Assembly: GCA_950097015.1 (NCBI GenBank)
Contig: CATNEN010000039.1
Coordinates: 3,906,001-3,970,000 of the forward strand
Length of the DNA: 64,000 nucleotides
Reading direction: 5' to 3'
Source: Macrostomum hystrix
Lineage: Eukaryota; Animalia; Platyhelminthes
The notes beneath the pieces were generated by a model. It searched no databases and had not been told where the DNA came from. It saw only the letters and a list, made by a program, of their open reading frames with translations. Positions 1 to 11,790 of this stretch are shown piece by piece (within the stretch, counting starts at the first letter, position 1; each line of letters starts with the position of its first letter). The position numbers were made by a program, and so were the translations under genes.

Positions 1-2747
1 GTCATTCTAACTGAATCAGGGTCATTCTAACTGGATCAGGGTCATTCTACCTGTATCAGGGCCATTCTAACTGGATCAGGGTCATTCTACCTGAATCAGG
101 GTCATTCAACCTGAATCAGGGTCATTCTACCTGTATCAGGGCCATTCTACCTGAATCAGGGTCATTCTAACTGGATCAGGGTCATTCTACCTGAATCAGG
201 GCCATTCTACCTGAATCAGGGTCATTCTAACTGGATCAGGGTCATTCTACCTGAATCAGGGCCATTCAACCTGAATCAGGGTCATTCTACCTGAATCAGG
301 GTCATTCTACCTGGATCAGGGTCATTCTAACTGGATCAGGGTCATTCTACCTGTATCAGGGCCATTCTAACTGGATCAGGGTCATTCTACCTGAATCAGG
401 GTCATTCAACCTGAATCAGGGTCATTCTACCTGTATCAGGGCCATTCTAACTGGATCAGGGTCATTCTACCTGAATCAGGGTCATTCTACCTGTATCAGG
501 GCCATTCAACCTGAATCAGGGCCATTCAACCTGAATCAGGGCCATTCAACCTGAATCAGGGTCATTCTACCTGGATCAGGGTCATTCTAACTTGATCAGG
601 GTCATTCTAACTTGATCAGGGTCATTCTACCTGTATCAGGGCCATTCTACCTGGATCAGGGCCATTCAACCTGAATCAGGGCCATTCAACCTGAATCAGG
701 GTCATTCTACCTGAATCAGGGCCATTCTACCTAGATCAGGGTCATTCTACCTGTATCAGGGCCATTCTAACTGGATCAGGGTCATTCTACCTGAATCAGG
801 GTCATTCTACCTGTATCAGGGCCATTCAACCTGAATCAGGGCCATTCAACCTGAATCAGGGTCATTCTACCTGGATCAGGGTCATTCTAACTTGATCAGG
901 GTCATTCTAACTTGATCAGGGTCATTCTACCTGTATCAGGGCCATTCTACCTGGATCAGGGCCATTCAACCTGAATCAGGGTCATTCTACCTGAATCAGG
1001 GCCATTCTACCTAGATCAGGGTCATTCTACCTGGATCAGGGTCATTCTACCTGGATCAGGGTCATTCTACCTGGATCAGGGTCATTCTACCTGTATCAGG
1101 GCCATTCAACCTGAATCAGGGTCATTCTACCTGGATCAGGGTCATTCTACCTGAATCAGGGTCATTCTACCTGAATCAGGGTCATTCTACCTGGATCAAG
1201 GTCATTCTACCTGAATCAGGGCCATTCAACCTGAATCAGGGTCATTCTACCTGAATCAGGGTCATTCTACCTGAATCAGGGTCATTCTACCTGTATCAGG
1301 GTCATTCTAACTGGATCAGGGTCATTCTACCTGAATCAGGGTCATTCTAACTGGATCAGGGTCATTCTAACTGAATCAGGGTCATTCTACCTGAATCAGG
1401 GTCATTCTAACTGGATCAGGGTCATTCTAACTGAATCAGGGTCATTCTAATTGAATCAGGGCCATTCTACCTGAATCAGGGTCATTCTAATTGAATCAGG
1501 GTCATTCTAACTGGATCAAGGTCATTCTAATTGAATAAGGGTTATTCTAACTGGATCAGGGTCATTCTAATTGAATCAGGGTCATTCTAACTGGATCAGG
1601 GTCATTCTACCTGAATCAGGGTCATTCTAACTGGATCAGGGTCATTCTAACTGAATCAGGGTCATTCTACCTGAATCAGGGTCATTCTACCTGAATCAGG
1701 GTCATTCTAACTGAATCAGGGTCATTCTAATTGAATCAGGGTCATTCTACCTGAATCAAGGTCATTCTAATTGAATCAGGGTCATTCTAACTGGATCAAG
1801 GTCATTCTACCTGTATCAGGGTCATTCTAACTGGATCAGGGTCATTCTACCTGAATCAGGGTCATTCTAACTGGATCAGGGTCATTCTAACTGAATCAGG
1901 GTCATTCTACCTGAATCAGGGTCATTCTAACTGGATCAGGGTCATTCTAACTGAATCAGGGTCATTCTAATTGAATCAGGGCCATTCTACCTGAATCAGG
2001 GTCATTCTAATTGAATCAGGGTCATTCTAACTGGATCAAGGTCATTCTAATTGAATCAGGGTTATTCTAACTGGATCAGGGTCATTCTAATTGAATCAGG
2101 GTCATTCTAACTGGATCAGGGTCATTCTACCTGAATCAGGGTCATTCTAACTGGATCAGGGTCATTCTAACTGAATCAGGGTCATTCTACCTGAATCAGG
2201 GTCATTCTACCTGAATCAGGGTCATTCTAACTGAATCAGGGTCATTCTAATTGAATCAGGGTCATTCTACCCGAATCAGGGTCATTCTAATTGAATCAGG
2301 GTCATTCTAACTGGATCAGGGTCATTCTAATTGAATCAGGGTCATTCTAACTGGATCAGGGTCATTCTAATTGAATCAGGGTCATTCTAACTGGATCAGG
2401 GTCATTCAAATTGAATCAGGGTCATTCTAATTGAATCAGGGTCATTCTAACTGGATCAGGGTCATTCTACCTGGATCAGGGTCATTCTACCTGGATCAGG
2501 GTCATTCTAACTGAATCAGGGTCATTCTAATTGAATCAGGGTCATTCTACCTGAATCAGGGTCATTCTAATGGAATCAGGGTCATTCTAACTGGATCAGG
2601 GTCATTCTACCTGGATCAGGGTCATTCTACCTGAATCAGGGTCATTCTACCTGGATCAGGGTCATTCTACCTGAATCAGGGTCATTCTAACTGGATCAGG
2701 GTCATTCTAACTGAATCAGGGTCATTCTACCTGAATCAGGGTCATTA
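1..2747. repeat. 20-bp minisatellite (GTCATTCTACCTGAATCAGG)n, truncated at window start; probably intronic to the NHE gene
   Basis: Strict 20-bp periodicity with variant units. Confidence 0.97.
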
Positions 2748-3285
2748 CCTGTTTTAGAATCCCAGATCCCCAGATCAACTAGCTAGAATTGCCCTGATCT
2801 TCAGGTCTTTACCCTGTAGTCGTAAAAAAAGTAAAATTATGGCACACAAAGTCCAAACTAATTCTCTTGGATTTTTTCTAAAATTCCAACAGAAACCAAA
2901 GGTGCATTTTTCGCCCTAATGCTAAAATAACGATAGCCCTTTCTAATCCTTAAGTCATCTATAGTTGCTATATCTTGCAAAGAATTTATTATGCCCTGTA
3001 AGCCGATAAGTCCATGACAGACAGTCCCAATAGATGCCCGAAATGATATCTTATTCATTCTGCTCGCTGTAATTGATTTAGTTCAAGTCATGCGCCTGTT
3101 AATTAGCCAAGAATTATTCGTCCTGATTAAATAAAATTTTGTTAGCGAATGTTCAACAAAACTAAATACAGAATCGAGACAGTCAACATCAGTACTAATG
3201 TTGGTATTTCAGACTACAAGGGAGCGTGTTAGAGCTTAGGACTTAACGAGAAGTCGGGAGTTCGAATCTCAGCCCGTGAAATTAA

Positions 3286-3646
3286 GGGCTGAGTGGCAGA
3301 GCGGTCAACGCGTTTGCCTCTTGCACCAAGGTCCCTGAGCTCGATTCCGCGGCGAGGCCACATTTAAATGAGGCGCAGCAGTGGAGAGAAGGCTTGGGGG
3401 CTTGTCTTGCAATTTTCGCACTTGAGGGCCAACCTCCAAGGCACAGTGAAGTGTTCACCGCCTGACGATGAGAAAGTCAGGACAGATGTACACACCTGCG
3501 TGAGCGTGTGCCTGCGTACAGTATCTGTGTGCGCGTGTGCTCAGAAGTCAGCGAAATGGGCAAAATTGCCTCCTCGCTGGCTGTGGGTCTAGTGTCACCA
3601 AATAATGTGCCGTTGCCTGCAGCCCTCATGCAATTATTATTATTAA
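3286..3646 (+). mobile_element. tRNA-derived SINE, full-length copy
   Basis: A-box-like TGGCAGAGCGG, B-box-like GAGCTCGATTCC and (TTA)n tail; homologous copies at ~15272, ~36790 (-) and ~57487. Confidence 0.85.
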
Positions 3647-4959
3647 TTTACTATAGTATGGGAGTCAAATTTGTGTCCTTAAGCATGATACTGAAATCCG
3701 TAATGCTTAAAGTCACCCAGCTTAAAGCATCAGCTGGGGCAGAAATTAAAACCAAATCAAATCAATTGAATGGTTCTATGGTTCTTTACTGCTCTTATAT
3801 CTTATTATTGTATATGTGCCATAGACAACAAATTCCATTAGAAAAGTAAAGTCGGTTTCTTGTTAAAAAGTCTATGAAAAATTGCTTGAAAAATGAACTG
3901 AGCAAATATAGTACAACCTCGCATACATCCCAGACAAAAATACTGAGCTGAACAGTTGTGGCTCTCAACCATGGCTCACAGTGTGGGAATTTGGCAAAAA
4001 ACTGACACTAGCCAATGTATAGTTAAGCTCAAAGTAGGCCCTTAACTATTCTGCTGCAGTAGTCCATGGTACAAAGCCCTGTGTTAAAAATATCCTGAGT
4101 TAAGAGCCACACAAAAGTTGTCAGCTGCCCGTTCTCTCCAGCACAGAGTTGGGCGATACAAAGTGCATTCATCAAAAGTCACAGTCAGTAGGAAGACCAG
4201 AGGGCAGACACTTCATTTCTTCTTTTGAATTAAAGAGGCCCATGAAAGGAAGTGAGCAGGCATTGGGAACACACCCTGGAAAAAGGGACGGCCAGAAGTC
4301 CAAACCGGCAGCTTGCTCTGCTCATAAGCTGGCCACACCTTTTTCTGGACTAATTGGCAAAAACGAGGACGTCAATGGTTAGAGATGAAGAGGCTTTGCC
4401 TGTTCAAACTCGAACCTCGAACAAATATCGGCGCGAAGTTTGACCTTCAAAAGTGCTTTTGGGATATAGCATTTGAGGTGTTTCGAATGACGAACCAATC
4501 CAGAAAGCGCTATTGGCTAGTTTGTGAGTCAAAGACGCGCAACAAGGAGCGAAAGTAGGTGACAAGTAACGGCCTTAAACAACTAACAAGACCTAATTTT
4601 TCTCTCCAACTAAATTTAGAAAGCCAGTCAGTCCATCACAAGCCCTGACTAGCTGGTGTATTTCGCTAATTAAATTGCTAGCTGTATGCAAGCTGTCAGT
4701 CCTGGAAATGCAAAAAAACTTACTAAAAATAGATCAACGGATAGACAATTTTGTTCCCCTAATAAACAACGGCATAAACAAGACGACTGCTCAAGCAGCA
4801 ATCAATTTGTTTATTAAAAACAATAGGCTATGTAGTCCCACGGCCTAGAGATAGGAATGGGAAACTCACTGGCCAATCCAGCTATCGAATTGATAAGTGA
4901 GGGGAATTCAAAGAGGAGAGGTGCAACAGCAGGTAATTGAAGCCGCAGGGAATTCCAGT

Positions 4960-5070
4960 GAGGGGAGCTAAGGGGATCAGTGAGCACACACGCACACTGA
5001 TACCGTACGCAGGCACACAAAATTGAGCTCGGGAACATTGGTGCAAGAGACAAACACGTAAGACTGCTGT
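4960..5070 (-). mobile_element. Divergent, internally deleted SINE-related fragment
   Basis: TGAGCACACACGCACACTGATACCGTACGCAGGC matches the reverse complement of the SINE body; TTGGTGCAAGAG matches the head. Confidence 0.5.
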
Positions 5071-5239
5071 CAATTATCGCACCGGAAGTCAGTTAAAGCA
5101 TAAATACAATAAAATAATTATTTTTATGTCTACTTTCTATATAGTTTACAGTAAAGTGCATTCGAGTAAGGACCACCATTATTCTATTGAGTAGGTCCAA
5201 ACTCAATCCTACACCATAGCTCCACAACCCGATGCTCAC

Positions 5240-7676
5240 CACAGACACCGCGTCGTTGAGCACGGATTCGCCAAACAGTGTCATATAAAGCGGCTTGTTC
5301 AGGTGCATTCTCTCGAATAGCGCCAGTACGGCCACGGGGTCCACAGCTGAGATTAGCGCGCCGAAAGTCAGCGCTTCAATTTTGGTGATGTTTCTTAGCG
5401 AACTAAACGGGCTAGGATTCATAGCGGCCATGGCGTAGATTGAATAGCCGATGATCAGAGCAACAATTATTGTACCTTGAATGACAAATTATAGATCAAT
5501 ATAGGGGAATAGAAAGTGCTCAGCAACATTATATAATTCGCTGGCTAGAGAGATTATAAAATACGACAAGAGACCGCATTAACTGTGGAGAGATGAGACA
5601 GTAGTAATGAGAGAGTACAGAAACTAGTGGAGAGATGAGACAGTGGAGGGATGAGACTGTGAGGGATGAGACTGTGGAGGGATCAGACAGTGGAGAGGTG
5701 AGACAGTGGAGAGGTGAGACAGGGGGAGATGTGACAGGGAGGAGATCAGACAGGGGGAGATGAGACAGGGGAGGGATGAGACAGCGGAGAGATGAGACAG
5801 TGGAGAGATGAGACAGTGGAGAGATGAGACTGTGGAGTTGAGAGAGTAGAAAGATGAGGCAATATAGAGATGAGACAGCAGAGATCTCTCTATTAGGTAG
5901 TAGAAAGGTGAGACACTGGAGAATAGACTGTAAAATGTAATACACGGGAGAAATGAGACACGGAGGGATGGACTAGGGTAGATATTAGATTGAAAGGTGA
6001 GTCAAGGGAGTGATGATACATATTACATATTTGAGAATGTCTTCGAATTGGCGGATTAAGGAGCTTCGAGGGCCGCATCTGGCCAGCGGTCGAGGGCATA
6101 GTTACAGGGACAGCAAGACTGGGCATTGCTCACCAATCACTGCGTAGGCCAGGATTGCCGGCAGGTTGAAATAGAAGTGCCGCTTCTCAACGCCAAAGCC
6201 GGCATTGATGATGATGATGGGCAGAAGGAAGTGGAAGAACAGGCTCGGGTCCAGCTTCTCCAGGTGGTCAATGTGGTAGCCGGACAGCTGAAAGGCGCCG
6301 GCGAAGGCCAGACCCAGCAGGATCTGCAGGCAGCTCGTTGGCAGGTACTCCTTGATGCCGTGGACTAGCACTTTGCTACAGAAGCGGCGCACCTTTTCAT
6401 AAAATGGGCACATGGGGATAAATCTGGGGTTCAAGCTAGTTGATCAGAGAATCTGGGATTCTAGCTAGTTGATCAGAGAATCTGGGATTCTAGCTAGTTG
6501 ATCAGAGGATCTGGGATTCTAGCTAGTTGATCAGAGGATCTGGGATTCTAGCTAGTTGATCAGAGAATCTGGGATTCTAGCTAGCTGATCAGAGGATCTG
6601 GGATTCTAGCTAGTTGATCAGAGGATCTGGGATTCTAGCTAGTTGATCAGAGGATCTGGGATTCTAGCTAGTTGATCAGAGGATCTGGGATTCTAGCTAG
6701 TTGATCAGAGGATCTGGGATTCTAGCTACGAGTAGTTGATCAGAGGATCTGGGATTCTAGCTAGTTGATCAGAGGATCTGGGATTCTAGCTAGTTGATCA
6801 GAGGATCTGGGATTCTAGCTAGTTGATCAGAGGATCTGGGATTCTAGCTAGTTGATCAGAGGATCTAGGATTCTAGCTAGTTAATCAGAGGATCTGGGAT
6901 TCTAGCTAGTTGATCAGAGGATCTGGGATTCTAGCTAGTTGATCAGAGGATCTGGGATTCTAGCTAGTTGATCAGAGGATCTGGGATCCTAGCTAGTTGA
7001 TCAGAGGATCTGGGATTCTAGCTAGTTGATCAGAGGATCTGGGATTCTAGCTAGTTGATCAGAGGATCTGGGATTCTAGCTAGTTGATCAGAGGATCTGG
7101 GATTCTAGCTAGTTGATCAGAGGATCTGGGATTCTAGCTAGTTGATCAGAGGATCTGGGATTCTAGCTAGTTGATCAGAGGATCTGGGATTCTAGCTAGT
7201 CGATATGGGGATCTGGGATTCTAGCTAGTCGACATGGGGATCTGGGATTCTAGCTAGTCGATATGGGGATCTGGGATTCTAGCTAGGTTAATCAGCAAAT
7301 CAGGCCGTCTGCTCTGACATCTGAGCTCGCTTACCTGGTGCATCCGGCTGCGAATATTACCGGACACATCACTGGAGCCGTCGATAGACGAGCCGACATT
7401 GACGGCCGGGTGCGGGTGCTGCGGGTGGTGCTGGGCGTGCTCAGTTCTCTCGAACACGAGCAGCAGCACCACTAGGAACAGCAGCCAGAGCGCTGTCAAC
7501 AGTAGCGGCTTCAAATCTGGGTGAAGGCAGATTAGAGTGCCCAGTACGCACTCCTCGTGCCCACTGCTAGCCGGGTGGTCTTTGGTGCCATTGCTTTCGC
7601 TGGAGTTCGGACTGAGCGTCGCAGTCTCGGGCTCTTTAAGAGCTGCAGACGCTGCAGTCGTGTTGACCAGAATAGC

Positions 7677-7709
<33 letters not shown>

Positions 7710-7742
7710 AGGTTGAAGAAACAATTTTCGCGATGCCGCCAT
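5240..7742 (-). CDS. Na+/H+ exchanger (SLC9A/NHE family), 5' exons 7742-7335, 6392-6134 and 5475-5240; remaining exons not found in the window
   Basis: Signal peptide; LPTSCLQILLG, FFHFLLPIIIINAG, FGALISAVDPVAVL and LFGESVLNDAVSV are hallmark NHE motifs; GT-AG junctions keep the frame. Confidence 0.92.
5545..6095 (+). mobile_element. Decayed copy of the hAT MITE at 30325-30839 with an internal 16-bp minisatellite, in NHE intron 2
   Basis: Shares CCGCATT(A/G)ACTGT at the left end, GGAGCTTCGAG(G/T)GCCGCATCTGGCC at the right end and a GGAGAGATGAGACAG array; TIRs eroded. Confidence 0.65.
6425..7285. repeat. 29-bp minisatellite (TAGCTAGTTGATCAGAGGATCTGGGATTC)n filling NHE intron 1
   Basis: Direct periodicity. 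Confidence 0.95.
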
Positions 7743-8894
7743 ATTGGCTTGTTAGCCTTGTCGCGCCAGGCAATGGAGCAAAGCTAGCGAAGCAACGCAA
7801 AGCAATGCTGCAAAACAATGCGAACTAGATTGAAGCAGCAGACAGAATAAGCTAGTTTTCCTGCACGAATTCTCTATCTTATGCGCTAGCTAAACTGCTG
7901 AACTTTCGTAAAACTTGGTAAGGAAAGAACAACAGCGATCTGCGGCAACGGAAAGGCAAGCGAGAATCGGGAGGGGGCTCAGCCAAGAGAGTTTGAGAAG
8001 CAAAGATGCGCCAATTGTTTTTCCTTAGTTGCGCAGAGCAGGGAGAGAGAGAAGAACTGTAGTGTCGACTTCAGGGCAATGGGTTTGTGCGAACTCTGCG
8101 CGGACAGGCCCAAGTAGGTGAAGAAAGCTTGACTTGGCTGCTTTCGCTATTATAGAGGAGGAGGAGGAGAAAAATGGGCGCGCAAAACTAACTAGACAGC
8201 TAAGACGTGCACTGCAGCCTGGCCAATCAGAGAGAGCCAGCCCCCGTCCCCATCCAGGGCGACAGCCGCATCATTACACTGGGCCTGCGCACACGCGAAA
8301 TTCATGCAGTGGAGCTAGCAGGTAAATTATAGAACACTTTGCCCTTCAACTATTCAATAGAACTATCACAGCCAACAAAATATTGTGGGTACTTGAGTAC
8401 TTTTGCCTGCACAGGTTTAGACCGCAAGATTACATAGCTTTCTATTCTCATCTGCACTAACAGCAGCAACTAAAACCCCACCCTGTTTGGTTAATTTCAG
8501 ACAATGATAGTGTCATTGTATAGACTTTCAGCTGCCCAAGCCCCAGCCGCACTTGTCAGTTGGAGGACTTCAAGTGAGTTTATTGAGCACAAAATAATTT
8601 CAATTAACAGCTGATTGGCCATTGTTAAAGAAATAAATCACGTTGATTTAACATTTTCACTATATAGACAATGTATTTTTAATTATCATACTACAAAAAA
8701 GATGTGCTCACATAATAATTAGAAGAAAAAATATAACTTTTTATAAATTAAAGTAGGTTTTAATCAATAAGTTATTAGTTTTCCTAAGAAAAACACACAA
8801 CGTTATCATATGGCAATAGCCTTGCATAATCCATTGAAGAAAGAAAACTAAACTAAAAAATGAAGGTTTTCAAACATGTCAAAATTTTTCAATC

Positions 8895-10010
8895 TGAAGG
8901 GATAATATTTAAACCTGAAGGGATCATATTTAAACCTGAAGGGATTATATTTAAAGCTGAAGGGATCATATTTAAACCTGAAGGGATTATATTTAAACCT
9001 GAAGGGATTATATTTAAACCTGAAGGGATTATATTTAAACCTGAAGGGATTATATTTAAACCTGAAGGGATCATATTTAAACCTGAAGGGATCATATTTA
9101 AACCTGAAGGGATCATATTTAAACCTGAAGGGATCATATTTATACCTGAAGGGATTATATTTAAACCTGAAGGGATTATATTTAAACCTGAAGGGATTAT
9201 ATTTAAACCTGAAGGGATTATATTTAAACCTGAAGGGATCATATTTAAACCTGAAGGGATTATATTTAAACCTGAAGGGATTATATTTAAACCTGAAGGG
9301 ATCATATTTAAACCTGAAGGGATCATATTTAAACCTGAAGGGATCATATTTATACCTGAAGGGATTATATTTAAACCTGAAGGGATTATATTTAAACCTG
9401 AAGGGATTATATTTAAACCTGAAGGGATTATATTTAAACCTGAAGGGATTATATTTAAACCTGAAGGGATTATATTTAAACCTGAAGGGATTATATTTAA
9501 ACCTGAAGGGATCATATTTAAACCTGAAGGGATTATATTTAAACCTGAAGGGATTATATTTAAACCTGAAGGGATCATATTTATACCTGAAGGGATTATA
9601 TTTAAACCTGAAGGGATTATATTTAAACCTGAAGGGATTATATTTAAAACTGAAGGGATTATATTTAAACCTGAAGGGATCATATTTAAACCTGAAGGGA
9701 TTATATTTAAACCTGAAGGGATCATATTTAAACCTGAAGGGATTATATTTAAACCTGAAGGGATCATATTTAAACCTGAAGGGATTATATTTAAACCTGA
9801 AGGGATTATATTTAAACCTGAAGGGATCATATTTATACCTGAAGGGATTATATTTAAACCTGAAGGGATTATATTTAAACCTGAAGGGATTATATTTAAA
9901 CCTGAAGGGATTATATTTAAACCTGAAGGGATCATATTTAAACCTGAAGGGATTATATTTAAACCTGAAGGGATCATATTTAAACCTGAAGGGATTATAT
10001 TTAAACCTGA
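8895..10010. repeat. 21-bp minisatellite (AAACCTGAAGGGATTATATTT)n
   Basis: Direct periodicity; produces the spurious KPEGIIF ORF. Confidence 0.95.
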
Positions 10011-10049
10011 AAGAGTGAATAAAACAGTTTTCTTACTGTGGTGGGGCAG

Positions 10050-11790
10050 CTACAATTGAACAGCATCCTTGAGTAGCATGGCATTCACACTGCTAACAAG
10101 CCAGCCTAGGTCTCTGTATTCGCTGCCATCGGGCAGTCGGATGCTGTCCGAGCCGCGCGGTAAAATGATAAAATTTCGCCGCAATTCCAGATTCCAACCG
10201 AAGCCGTTCTGCAGCACCTCCGGCATGCGCGGCTGCTGACGAGTCAGCTGGATGACCGTCAGTAGCAACTCTTCGGCTTTGGGCTTATGAAGGGAGCCTA
10301 GCATGTTGACTCGGGCCTGCACTTGCACGGCAGCGATGCCGCTCTTTAGATTGAAGAATTCTGTAGGTGGGAACACCGGCTTAGCGACCAGCGCCTGCCG
10401 AGTGGTGGGTGGGTGGGTCGGCTTCTGAATCGAGGCTGGATGATCAATTAGAAACTGAGTTGAAGCTGGATGACCAATTAGAAACTGAGTTGAGGTTGGA
10501 TGACCAATTAGAAACTGAGTTGCGCTTGGATGACCAATTAGAAACAGGGTTGCGCTTGGATGACCAATTAGAAACAGGGTTGAGGCTAGATGACCAATTA
10601 GAAACAGGGCTGAGGCTATTTGACCAATTAGAAACAGGGTTGAGGCTGGATGACCAATTAGAAACAGGGTTGAGGCTGGATGACCAATTAGAAACAGGGT
10701 TGAGGCTGGATGACCAATTAGAAACAGGGTTGAGGCTAGATGACCAATTAGAAACAGGGTTGAGGCTAGATGACCAATTAGAAAAGTGAGTTGAGGTTGG
10801 ATGACTAATTAGAAACTGAGTTGAGGTTGGATGACCAATTAGAAACTGAGTTGCGCTTAGATGACCAATTAGAAACTGAGTTGAGGTTGGATGGCCAATT
10901 AGAAACTGAGTTGAGGTTGGATGGCCAATTAGAAACTGAGTTGAGGTTGGATGGCCAATTAGAAACTGAGTTGAGGTTGGATGGCCAATTAGAAACTGAG
11001 TTGAGGTTGGATGGCCAATTAGAAACTGAGTTGAGGTTAGATGACCAATTAGAAACTGAGTTGAGGTTGGATGACCAATTAGAAACTGAGTTGAGGTTGG
11101 ATGACCAATGAGAAACAGAGTTGAGGTTTGATGGCCAAATTGAAACTTAATTGAGGCTCAATGAACTTGATGATCAATGCAAAGGAGCTTATAGCATTAG
11201 AATTCTGATGGAGAGTTCGAACCCCAGACCCATTCTACGGACTGAAATGCTGTACACAATAACTGAAGACGCTTTACAAAAAAAAATAAGCAACTGTTTG
11301 CTAGAGTGCAAACCTCAATGCTGGACACAATTAGGCTGCCGGTCATGCGACTCAGGATGTCCCTCTGCTCGTCGCTCATTTGACTATAATGATCTCTGGC
11401 CACAGCCAGGCAGTCCGGCGTCAGGAGGCCGCTGAGGGACTCCGCATCTGGAGAAGCCAGGCCGTCAACAATTACTGGCAGCAGGCTGCGGCAAGCGTCA
11501 ACAAAGCCGCGAGTTGTAAGCTGCTCATCCTGACTGATTGATCTCAAATAGGCCAGCGTCAGCCAGTTGCCGATATTGCGAAATGGATTTCCAGTGGAGC
11601 GAATGAGAGGATTGCGATTTAGACGGAGAATCGGAAGGCCAGGTCCAGGGCGATCCTGAGCCGATGACTGCTGCTCCTGAGCTTGAGAATTGGCTGCATT
11701 ATCGTTATCCGTAGCACTGCTACAGCCACGGTGCAAGCCTGTGAGTTGTTGTATCGGAACCAAGCGGCAACGGTTGCTGCAGCAGCGCAA
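10050..11790 (-). CDS. MAIP1: MAIP1-like (m-AAA protease-interacting protein 1, Tim44-like fold); exons ~11790-11314 and 10394-10050; start codon not located
   Basis: NPFRNIGNWLTLAYLRS..FVDACRSLLPVIV..LSGLLTPDCL and C-terminal LELRRNF..WLVSSVN resemble MAIP1; the phase-0 intron joins in frame. Confidence 0.65.
10430..11150. repeat. 30-bp minisatellite in the MAIP1-like intron
   Basis: Unit TTGAGGTTGGATGACCAATTAGAAACTGAG. Confidence 0.93.

Noticed and set aside
3286-3362. Functional tRNA gene
   Set aside because: Degenerate B box, no clean cloverleaf, and always followed by the same SINE body.
8860-10059. 399-aa (KPEGIIF)n ORF as a repeat protein
   Set aside because: It is a 21-bp minisatellite open on both strands because the unit is a multiple of 3; no unique domain.
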